From an uncultured delta proteobacterium (GTDB lineage Bacteria > Desulfobacterota > Binatia > UBA9968): 64,000 nt of DNA. Where the stretch lies: contig CAVTUQ010000004.1 of assembly GCA_963737905.1 (NCBI GenBank), positions 28,206 to 92,205 of the forward strand. Direction: 5' to 3'. The notes below the pieces were generated by a model. The model saw only the letters and a list, made by a program, of their open reading frames with translations, made no database searches and had not been told where the DNA came from. A program made the position numbers and the translations under genes. Below are positions 56,201-64,000 of this stretch, piece by piece (the stretch's first letter is position 1; the number at the start of each line of letters is the position of its first letter).

Positions 56201-56639
56201 GCGCACCAAAAAGCGCCATGATGCCGTCGCCCATGACTTGATTGACGGTTCCCTCATATCGGTGCACCGCTTCCATCATGTGCTCGAGCACCGGGTCAAG
56301 AATCTTCCGCGCTTCCTCCGGGTCACGGTCCGCAAGTAACTCCATCGATCCTTTTATATCCGCGAACAGCACCGTCACCTGCTTGCGTTCACCTTCGAGG
56401 GCGCTCTTGGAAGTCAAAATCTTCTCGGCGAGGTGTTTGGGGGTATAAGTTTCGGGAGAAATGAAGCGCGTGGCTATAGCCGGTTGAGCACTCACCGATT
56501 GCCCACACTCGAGACAGAACTTCGCCCCCGCAGGAAGCTCTGTGCCGCACGCGGCGCATTTTAGGGCCAGCACAGTTCCGCACTCGAGGCAAAATTTTGC
56601 CTGCGGCGGATTCTCCTGCTGGCAGCGCAGACATTTCAT
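53244..56639 (-). CDS. double Zn-ribbon / class III nucleotidyl cyclase / STAND (AAA_16) ATPase / TPR protein
   Basis: 1131 aa. CLRCQQENPPQAKFCLECG and CAACGTELPAGAKFCLECG; cyclase VTVLFADIKGS...MGDGIMALFG; Walker A GEPGVGKSRL; Walker B LLVIEDLHWID; long TPR-like C-terminus. Confidence 0.85.
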   Translation of the reverse strand: MKCLRCQQENPPQAKFCLECGTVLALKCAACGTELPAGAKFCLECGQSVSAQPAIATRFISPETYTPKHLAEKILTSKSALEGERKQVTVLFADIKGSMELLADRDPEEARKILDPVLEHMMEAVHRYEGTVNQVMGDGIMALFGAPLANEDHAVRACYSALRMQESVKKYAESIQRTEGIPIQIRVGVNSGEVVVRSIGSDLKMDYTAVGQTTHLAARMEQMAMPGSIMMTADTLQLAEGYVQVKSLGPVNVKGLTEPVEVYEVTGVGATRSRLQAAAARGFTRFVGRDTELETLRRALDKAGSGHGQVVALVGEPGVGKSRLFWEFAHSRRTVDWLILESGSVSYGKATAYLPVIDLLKAYFTIEDRDDVRKIREKVTGKLLTLDKSLEPTLPAFLALLDLTLEDQVWQSSDPPQRRQRTLEAIKRLLLRESQIQPLLLVIEDLHWIDSETQSFLDSLIESLPTARLLLLVNYRPEYQHGWGSKTYYSQLRIDPLPPESAEELLQALLGSDSSLAPLKKLLIERTEGNPFFIEESVRTLVETKLLAGERGNYRLARPIESTQVPATVQAVLAARIDRLALDEKRLLQSAAVIGKDVPFALLQAIADQSEEEVRRGLIRLQAAEFLYETSLFPDIEYTFKHALTHEVAYGTLLQDRRRALHTRIVEITEQLYRDRLGEQVERLADHAVRGEVWDKAVMYLREAGTKALSRSANLEAVAYFTRALEVVETLPLSDEREKQELALLLALGPALQSTKGFGAPEIEPVYLRARELCQQVGETSQLFPVLWGLWLLHLQRGELQTARDLATQLFSLAQHLRDAGLLLEAHHAMWANSFFIGELTLARAHSEHGIDLYDSPQHRVLAFLYGGHDPGVCCRDFGALALWLLGYPDRALKRSQDALALAEELSHPLTLAEALGYAAWLHEFRREREAVQERAEALLALASKYGFPYWFTQGTILRGWALADEGQTAEKGVAQMCQGLLAYKTTGAEVARSHYLVLLAKIYGKVKKAEEGLTVLSEVAWSHKNGGWYYEAELHRLKGELLLNAEPGMQKAEFVHRSAEESFSEAIEISRRQQAKSLELRAAMSMSRLWQKQGKTGKARKLLGDIYGWFTEGFDTADLKEAKALLEELT

Positions 56640-56701
56640 AATCCGGCCTTCTCGCCTAAATTTCTGGATCTCCAGACTTCAGTACGAACGTTTCGGATTG
56701 C

Positions 56702-56787
56702 TCACCACGGAGTCGCCGAGGACGCGGAGAAAAATTTTTTGATCGAGGAATACTTCTATCTTTGCGAACTCTATGTCTCCGCGGTGA
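56702..56787. repeat. inverted repeat TCACCACGGAG ... CTCCGCGGTGA with an extra direct CGCGGAG unit
   Basis: 56702-56712 pairs with 56777-56787 (10 of 11 positions). Lies between the cyclase gene start and the FAD oxidase stop. Confidence 0.45.
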
Positions 56788-56824
56788 ATACTCTTTCACA
56801 GTAAACTCGAAAGCGCCATATTTC

Positions 56825-58184
56825 TCAGGCCGGTCGGATATTCTGATTCAGGTGGAACAGATTAGCCGGGTCATACTTTGCTTTCAGCATTCGCAGGCGC
56901 TGGTAGTTCGGCCCGTAAGCTGCCGCGACGGCGTCTTCTCCATCATCGTCCCCCAGATAGTTTACGTAGCGCCCTGGCGTGAAGCTGGGCCGCATGAAGT
57001 CATATGATTGCCGCGCCCACGCAATATTCGGAGCGTTGTCGGCCGGTTCGAGCCATTCGGAGACGACCAGAAAGTTATAGCCCTCGTGCCGGTGTGGGAA
57101 CGCCGTCTCGCTCACGCCGACACGCGTCGCTGCGCCGTGGATGTGCTCCAGCACCAGGCCGCTCATCGGCGAGGGACATGCCGCGAACTGAGAAACTAGC
57201 GTGTCGATGGCCCCATCGCTGAGTTCACCTATGAAATTGGATTTCCAGTAGTTAAGGGCGCCCCGAGGGAATCCGGCGTCCAGCATCCTATTCGTCTCCT
57301 CGTAGCTTGTTGGACCGATGGAATCCAGAATCGGCGTGCCGAACTTCTTAATCGGCTCAAGGGCAGCCTCCGCTTCGGCTAGAGGACCGCAGTGGCATAA
57401 AATGATCACGGCGATCTGAGCGCCGTCGGGCGCGTGCAGCAGCGCGCCGAAGATCGTGAGGTCGTCGGTAAGTCCCGCCAACGTGATTTCCCGGAAAAAT
57501 TTCAGCACATCGCGAGCACGATCGAAAGGGTGAGCGATGAGGCCGCTTGTGACCGTCCCAACCGGATGTAAGCGGTACTCCAACCATGAGACAGCGCCGA
57601 AGTTACCGCCGCCGCCTTGAAGTCCCCAGAAGAGATCGGCGTTTTCCTCCTTGCTTGCCCGCACGATGTCACCCGAAGCAGTAACGACCTCCGCCGAAAG
57701 AATTGTCCATCGCCAGCCCATACTTGGCCATGAGCCACCCGAGGCCGCCACCGAGCGTCAAACCCGCGATGCCAGTCGTGGAGATCACGCCGCCGGTGGT
57801 CGCTAGCCCATGTGCCTGCGTTTCGCGGTTGAATTCACGCCAGGTCACTCCGCCCTGAGCGCACGCCGTGCGACGGACCGGATCAACGTGGATGCCCTTC
57901 ATGAGCGACATGTCGAGCATCAGCCCATCGTCACAGACAGCCCGGCCGGCAACGTTATGACCGCCGCCGCGCACCGCCAATTCGAGTCCGTGAGTGCGCG
58001 CGAAGTTTACCGCGTCAACGATGTCAGCGTTACCGACGCAGCCGGCAATCAACGCAGGGTGCCGATCGATCATACCGTTGTGGACCCGCCGTACTTCATC
58101 GTACCCGGATTGATCGGGACGCAGGAGCACGCCGGAAAAGCGAGCGGACAGGTCAACGATACTGGCTTGATCGAGCGCAACCAT
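56825..58184 (-). pseudogene. FAD-linked oxidase with BBE-like C-terminus, frameshifted (paralogue of 43812-45195)
   Basis: AVRGGGHNVAGRA, TTGIAGLTLGGGLGWL, then a frame change at about 57698-57703. Continues LSAEVVTASG...YVNYLGDDD...YDPANLFHLNQNIRPA. Confidence 0.75.
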
Positions 58185-58326
58185 GAAATTCCTCCCAAAG
58201 ACTTCTAGATAGTTGTGCCTTATAAATGTTCAATAGAACCACGGCTACAAAGCTTATCGGGTTGTTTCGAATTTTGGATTTCAAGTTTCGAGTTTTTTGT
58301 CCCTTCCGTCTCATACGGGTAGTGCC

Positions 58327-61300
58327 TTAACTCAACTGCTCAAGTTCCGCTTCCGCCTTTTCCAGCCACAATCCCATTTCTATCTCCCGCATCATCGCGA
58401 CGCCATTGGCGAGATGCATCTTCGCTTGCTCCAGATCACCTGTTCGCCGATGCAGTTTTCCCAAACCAACGTGGCAGTGAGCGATGAGCGGGCGCATGCG
58501 AAGTTCATTGGCTAATGCCATCGCGTGATCATAATGATTTTCCGCCTTTGCCGTATCCGGAACATCGGCGTGCAAAAGACTCTCGCCGAGGACGTAAAGT
58601 GACAACGCTGCGTAGCCGCGATACCCTTGGGTCCGGGAAGATTCAAGCACCTGGTTAGCAAGCGAGGTGGCTTCTTCCAGTTTACCGACCAAAGGTAGCC
58701 CCGCGCCAACTGTACACGCGGCCAAACATTCCTAGCTCGCTCGTTGGTCAATTCCAACAGGGGTATCGCCTCGCCGACACGCCCAGCCGCAGCAAATGCA
58801 TTACCGAGAGCAACCGCCACTCGGGGAAGATTCTGACGGATGTCCCATAAGCGACAAACTTCCAGGCTCCGCTCTAGTAGCGGGATCGCCTTTTCCAAAG
58901 CGCCCTTCCTAAAATGCAGGCATCCGACCTCCAGATACGCAGTGTTTAGACTAAAAGGGTGATTGGCCACCTCGGCAATACGAATCGCTTCGTCGCCGTG
59001 AATAGCTGCTTCGCGAAACTCGCCAACTTCCGCCAGGCCCCATGTCAAATGACAGAGCGATCCAATCGACGCAACAAAGGCTAAGCCAAAGCGCTCGTAA
59101 ATCTGATCGCCTACTATAGCATCGACATTCTTCTTAAAATGGTAAATAGCCAGATCAAAGTCACCGATCGATCGATGTGCCGACCCAAGAAAATGATTTG
59201 CCTGAACCTGGAGGCTAAAATTGCCAATTGCTGAAGCGATCGCGAGGGCCCGTTCTCCCTTCTCAATAGCCTGAATGGGATCATCTCCCGCCTGCCCAAA
59301 GTAACCGGCCAAATAGGCTGAAATTTGCCCGAGCCGGCGTTGGTCATTCAAAGTCTCAGCGAGCACTTCCGCTTCGCGCATGCGTTCTAAAACTTTGGCT
59401 TGTTCTCCAAGAGGCTGGAGGGAGCTACGCATGTGGATACGAATATCTATAGCTTGCTCGATCATTTGACGGCTTTCGGGCAGATGCTTGGGCACTTCAA
59501 GTGCCCGATCGAAATAGCTCACCGCTTCACGGTGCGCAGAGCGATCCGCCGCTTTGGCGCCGGCTTGCCGTAAGTAGGTCAACGCCTTCTCCCACAGCTC
59601 GCCGTGGAAACGCGTGGTGCGCAAGCAGCTCAACCTGCTCGGCCAATCGATCTCCGTAGAGCCGTTCGATGGCTTCGACGATTCTGGCGTGCAGCGTGCG
59701 CCGCCGCTCTTGTAAGACACTGCCGTAAGCAACCTCGTGGGTCAGCGCATGTTTGAACGTGTATTCGAGATCGGGAAACAAGCGGGTCTCGTAAACAAAC
59801 TCGGCCGCTTGAAGATGACCGAGCTCGCGCCGGAGTTCTTCTCCGGATAATTCAGCGATGGCCTGAAGCAAGACAAACGGCACATCCTTGCCGATCACCG
59901 ACGCCGACTGAAGCAGACGCTTTTCATCGATTGACAGCCTATCGATGCGCGCGGCCAATACGGCGTGCACTGTCGCCGGTACCTTTGTAAGATCGAGCGA
60001 ACCGGCGAGACTATATCGGCCTCGCTCGCCGACGAGAACTTTAGTTTCGACCAATGTCCGGACACTCTCCTCCAAGAAAAACGGATTGCCCTCGGTTCGC
60101 TCGATCAAGAGTTGCTTCAGCGGCTGCAAGTTCGCCTCGTCCCCCAACACCCCTCGGAGCAATTCCTCGGCACTCTCGGGTGGCAGCGGATCGATCCGCA
60201 GCTGGCTATAATATGTTTTGTTCCCCCAGCCATGGCGGTATTCCGGGCGGTAATTCGCAAGGAGAAGAAGCGACGCAGTGGGCAAGCTATCGATCAGGCC
60301 GTCTAAGAAAGACTGAGTCTCCGAATCGATCCAATGCAGATCTTCGAACACCAAGATCACGGGTTGCACCTGGCTCTCGCGCAGCAGCAAACCTTTGATC
60401 GCGCCTAAAGTCCGCTGCCGGCGCTGGGACGGGTCTAGGTTCTGCCATTGTTGATCTTCAACCGCAACGTCTAACAATGACAGCAATGCCGGCAACGCGG
60501 GCTCTAAAGTCTTATCCAATGTCAGTAACTTGCCGGTGACTTTCTCGCGGACATCGCGCTGAGTGTCACGATCCTGGATTTTGAAATACGCCTTCAGCAA
60601 ATCAATTACAGGAAGGTAAGGCGTAGCTTTTCCGTAAGAAACTGAGCCCGATTCAAGGATCAAGCATCCCTCGGTACGATGCGAATGAGTGAACTCATAA
60701 AACAGTCGCGATTTCCCAACTCCAGGCTCACCCACCACGGCAACCACCTGACCATGCCCGGTTTGTGCTCGCTCTAGCGCTTTGCGCAGTTGCTCCGTCT
60801 CGGCGTCGCGCCCGACGAATCGTGTAAGTCCGCGCGCAACCGCTGCTTGCAAGCGGGAGCGCGCAGGTCCGGCACCACTGATCTCGTACACCTCCGCCGG
60901 TTCGCTCATCCCCTTCACATTAACCGGACCGATTGATTTCACTTGAACAAAGCCCTCGGCAAGGCCAAGGGTATCAGCAGTTATCAGAACCGACCCCGGC
61001 ATCGCCATCTGCTCCATCCGAGCAGCCAAGTGCGTGGTCTGACCCACCGCTGTGTAATCCATCTTCAAGTCGCTCCCGATGGACCGCACAACGACCTCGC
61101 CTGAGTTCAAACCAACTCTTATCTGGATAGGAATTCCCTCGGTCCGCCTTACTCCCTCAGCATACCTCTTAACCGACTCCTGCATCCTGAGCGCCGCATA
61201 GCATGCTCGGACAGCATGGTCTTCATGCGCCAGCGGCGCGCCAAACAGCGCCATAATGCCGTCGCCCATCACCTGATTGCCTGTGCCTTCGTAGCGATGA

Positions 61301-61668
61301 ACTGCCTCCATCATGTGTTCGAGAATCGGATCGAGAAGCTTCCGCGTTTGCTCCGGGTCGCGGTCCGCAAGTAACTCCGTTGAGCCCTTCATATCAGCAA
61401 AAAGCACTGTGACTTGCTTGCGCTCGCCTTCGAGCGCGCTCTTCGACGTAAGAATCTTTTCGGCGAGGTGCTTGGGCGTGTAAGCTTCAGGAGAGTTAAA
61501 CCGTACGAGAATAGGTCCGGCGACAGGATGCGCGCACTCGGGGCAAAACTTTGCGGTCGCGGAAAGCTGAGTGCCACAGTTCACGCAGCTGCGGGCCAGC
61601 GGAGCCGCACACTCCTCGCAGAACTTTGCTCCGGATGGATTTTCATGCTGGCAGCGAGAACACTTCAT
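58327..61668 (-). pseudogene. second Zn-ribbon / cyclase / STAND / TPR paralogue, two frameshifts
   Basis: The first 690 aa or so are collinear with 53244-56639 (same Zn ribbons, cyclase, Walker A/B). Frames change at about 59604-59607 and about 58700-58735. The TPR tail is diverged. Confidence 0.8.
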
Positions 61669-61961
61669 TTAGGTTTCCCATCATCGGACTAAGAAGAGTG
61701 CGATCGACTTCAAATGTCTCATCCTCTGCCTTGCACTCAATCCTGAGTCCAAATCCCGCGAGTCCAGTAGAAAATCTCATGGCCCCTGGTCGGCAAGCTG
61801 GCGGTTTTTGCCTACCACTGTTTCGATTCATTGTCCACATCGGTTTCCTGCTCTTCCGAACTACGGGCAAGGGAGAATCGACTCGGCTGGTTTGAAGAAG
61901 AAGAACCGCCCTGGTATGAATCGTCGCGAATACCAAATGGTAGGCGCAGGAACAATCCTTT

Positions 61962-62216
61962 ATGGCAATGAAGAAAATCGCGATTTCGCTGCCTGAGCCT
62001 GTTCTGGAGCGAATCGATAAACTAGCGGCAAGCCGGGGCGAGTCCAGGAGCCACCTGATTGCGACGGTCCTAGACCGCGTGGCGCGCGCCAAACGCGATC
62101 GGGACGTAACGGCTCGAATTGATGCGCTCCTCGCCGATGAAATGATCGCAGCTGAGCAGAAGTCCACAGCGGACGAGTTTCTTCGGATGTCCCCATGGCC
62201 CAGAGGGAAGTGGTAA
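61962..62216 (+). CDS. ribbon-helix-helix (CopG/MazE-like) antitoxin
   Basis: 84 aa. MKKIAISLPEPVLERIDKLAASRGESRSHLI is a typical RHH N-terminus. Overlaps the toxin gene. Confidence 0.7.
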   Translation: MAMKKIAISLPEPVLERIDKLAASRGESRSHLIATVLDRVARAKRDRDVTARIDALLADEMIAAEQKSTADEFLRMSPWPRGKW

Positions 62217-62557
62217 TACACCAAGGTAACCTGTACTGGGTCGCCGTTGGCAGTGGCCGGGGTTCAGAACCCTGGGGCCGCAGGACAGCCCTGGTCTTAC
62301 AACACGATCGATTTAACCAGAGTCGTCTGAATACAGTTGTAGTCGTCGCCATTACTTCTAACCTCCGCTACGCCTCACTGCCCGGTAATGTTCGCCTGCG
62401 GAAAGGCGAGGGAGACTTGCCAAAGACATGCGTGGCCAATGTCACGCAGATTCAGACTATCGACCGAGCCTATTTAATCCAGAAAATAGGAACTCTCCCT
62501 CGCCACCTGTTGCGGCGCGTTTGGGACGGAGTGCGGCTCGTGGCAGAAGTAGACTAA
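62195..62557 (+). CDS. mazF: MazF/PemK-family endoribonuclease toxin
   Basis: 120 aa. GNLYWV...GSEPWGRRTALVLQHDRFN...VVVVAITSN matches the MazF/PemK pattern. Confidence 0.8.
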   Translation: MAQREVVIHQGNLYWVAVGSGRGSEPWGRRTALVLQHDRFNQSRLNTVVVVAITSNLRYASLPGNVRLRKGEGDLPKTCVANVTQIQTIDRAYLIQKIGTLPRHLLRRVWDGVRLVAEVD

Positions 62558-62584
62558 TAAGCTCCAACTCGCATTGAGGACACT

Positions 62585-64000
62585 TCATGCCGAAGCCTCC
62601 AGCACGGGTAGGGAGAAGCTAAAAGTAGAACCCTCGCCTGGAGCGCTGGATACCGTGATCCGCCCGCCGTGCAGCTCAACTAGCAAGCGTGTGATCACGA
62701 GCCCAAGCCCCGTGCCACCACCCACCTGGGGCGAGCGATCGTGGGCCCTGAAAAATTTAGTAAACAGTTGCGCCTGATCTTCGGGCGATAGGCCAATGCC
62801 AGTGTCGCTGACGTCCACGCGCACAAACCCATCGTCGCGCCGGGCTCCAACCGTAATGCTGCCCTCCACCAGCGTGTACTTGTGGGCGTTGGAGATAAGG
62901 TTCGTCAGGATCTGCGTCACGCGGTCTTGATCTGCCCACACAGTCGGTAGCGGCTCGACGAGGTCGAGGCTGAGCCGCTGCCGCTTGGTTTCGATCAACG
63001 GGCGCAATGAGCCGGCGACCTCCGGGATCAGATGGGCGAGGTCCAGGTTCGTGCGGTGGAGATCGAGTCTGCCTGCCTCCATGCGCGAGAGGTCAAGGAG
63101 ATCGTTGATCAGCCCCAGCAGCCGGTCCGCGTTCTTCTTGACCAGGGTCAGGCTCTCGCGCTGCTCCGCAGCGATCTGCTCGTCCTCGAGCAGCAGTTCG
63201 GCGTAGCCCTGAATCGAGGTGAGCGGCGTCCGCAGTTCGTGCGAAACCATCGAGACGAACTCGGTCTTCAACCGGTTCGCCTCCTGAATGGCCACGTTCT
63301 GCTGTTCGAGCTGGTAATTTTTCTGGCGGAGTTCCTCCTCCAGAAGCCTCCGCTCATGCGCCCGGTCCAACGACTCGGCCATCTGGTCGAACGCGCCGGC
63401 GAGCTGGCCCAGCTCCCCCTACTCATGGGGAAGACCGGTGCGCACGCCCAACTCCCCAGCAGCGACTCGTTTCGTCGCTTCCACGAGTGCCTGAATCTGG
63501 CGGACAATAAACAGGTTTCCACCCAACCAGGCTGCGGCGAGCGCGAGTCCAGCGACGAGCCCCAGCATCGCAAGATTGCGGGCGAGAATCTGGTTGACAC
63601 CAGCAAAAGCGACAGCCGCCGGGATACCAACGCTCACGTACGCGTCCGCGTTTTGCGCAGCGCCGCCGAACGGAGCGAACGAAAAGAGCCTCGGGATGCC
63701 GTCCGTGCCCGGAGCATCGGTCGTTCCATTACCCTTTTGAGTCTGAATGGCGTTCAAGACGACCGGCTCCGGCATGAGCTTGCCAACCCATTTGCCGTCG
63801 TCCGGGTAGCGCGACAGGATCCTGCCGTTGCGGTCCGTCACGGTGAGCATTGTTCCCTCCGGGAGTCCCGCTTGACTAGCCAGTTTGTTGAGCCAGGCCA
63901 AATCTAGAGCGGCGAAAACCACCGCTTGCACACGGCCCGCGTCGTCGAGCACAGGATAACCGAAATTGACGCTCGCTTTGTCGGTGAGGCGGCCGATTTG
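62585..64000 (-). pseudogene. sensor histidine kinase (5' end outside window) interrupted by in-frame TAG
   Basis: HisKA H-box MVSHELRTPLTSIQGY; HATPase GTGLGLVITRLLVELHGG. The upstream sensor/TM/HAMP part is in the same frame, separated by TAG 63419-63421 (TGLPHE*GELGQLAGAFDQM). Confidence 0.75.

Noticed and set aside
13582-59607. Programmed ribosomal frameshifting at the split genes
   Set aside because: No slippery heptamers (X XXY YYZ) or conserved stimulatory structures are seen at the junctions. The sites are heterogeneous, run in both directions, and affect unrelated families.
61798-61812. Sigma-54-like CTGGCGGTTTTTGCC upstream of the RHH antitoxin gene
   Set aside because: The GG-to-GC spacing is two nt shorter than the invariant -24/-12 geometry.
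63419-63421. TAG as pyrrolysine
   Set aside because: There is no Pyl-associated context, since methylamine methyltransferases and pyl genes are absent from the window. The position is a variable HAMP-linker residue. A nonsense mutation or base error is far more likely.
63032-63907. 291-aa plus-strand ORF at the right edge
   Set aside because: It is antisense to the histidine kinase, which has H-box and HATPase motifs. No motifs are present on the plus strand.
1-64000. tRNA, rRNA, tmRNA, integrase, transposase or CRISPR-cas content
   Set aside because: A by-eye scan for the T-loop GGTTCGAATCC-type motif, rRNA-like conserved blocks, and recombinase or RT motifs in the ORF translations found nothing convincing. 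Absence is not proven without tRNAscan or Infernal.

Overview
Moderately GC-rich bacterial chromosomal window (about 57 protein genes, no rRNA, tRNA or CRISPR seen). All product calls rest on motif recognition in the supplied ORF translations; no database search was run. Content is mostly accessory catabolism and transport. Left to right: radical-SAM enzyme (5' partial) and ptsP (EI-Ntr); a BoxB-like diiron oxygenase with NuoE/NuoF-type redox partners; deacetylase, hydrolase, solute-binding-protein and amidase modules; a long minus-strand Dpp-like operon (D-aminoacylase, alpha/beta hydrolase, aminotransferase, 2 permeases, 2 binding proteins, no ATPase); aat; two copies of a ThDP E1 alpha/beta pair; a sigma-54 activator with a downstream -24/-12 promoter and a diiron/SnoaL/BBE-FAD/methyltransferase/DMT cluster; a ThDP-enzyme, amidohydrolase and binding-protein operon. 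The right end is an island holding two paralogous Zn-ribbon/class III cyclase/STAND-ATPase/TPR giants, bracketed by PIN-type and MazF-type toxin-antitoxin pairs, then a histidine kinase running off the window. Most notable: (1) an in-frame TGA at the conserved ArsM-family cysteine of a methyltransferase, followed by a SECIS-like hairpin (candidate selenoprotein). (2) A dispersed family of short tandem-repeat elements (TTGAAC nonamer arrays, heptamer inverted arrays, shared 21-nt module) placed 4-15 nt after stop codons. (3) The BoxB-like oxygenase with a complex-I-type reductase. (4) The cyclase-STAND island. (5) A sigma-54 promoter driving a 69-aa protein with a textbook C2H2 zinc-finger spacing. 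(6) A high density of split genes: 11 frameshifts and 2 in-frame stops in 11 genes. These are either assembly indels or decay of redundant paralogues, and this caveat applies to every lesion-based claim.
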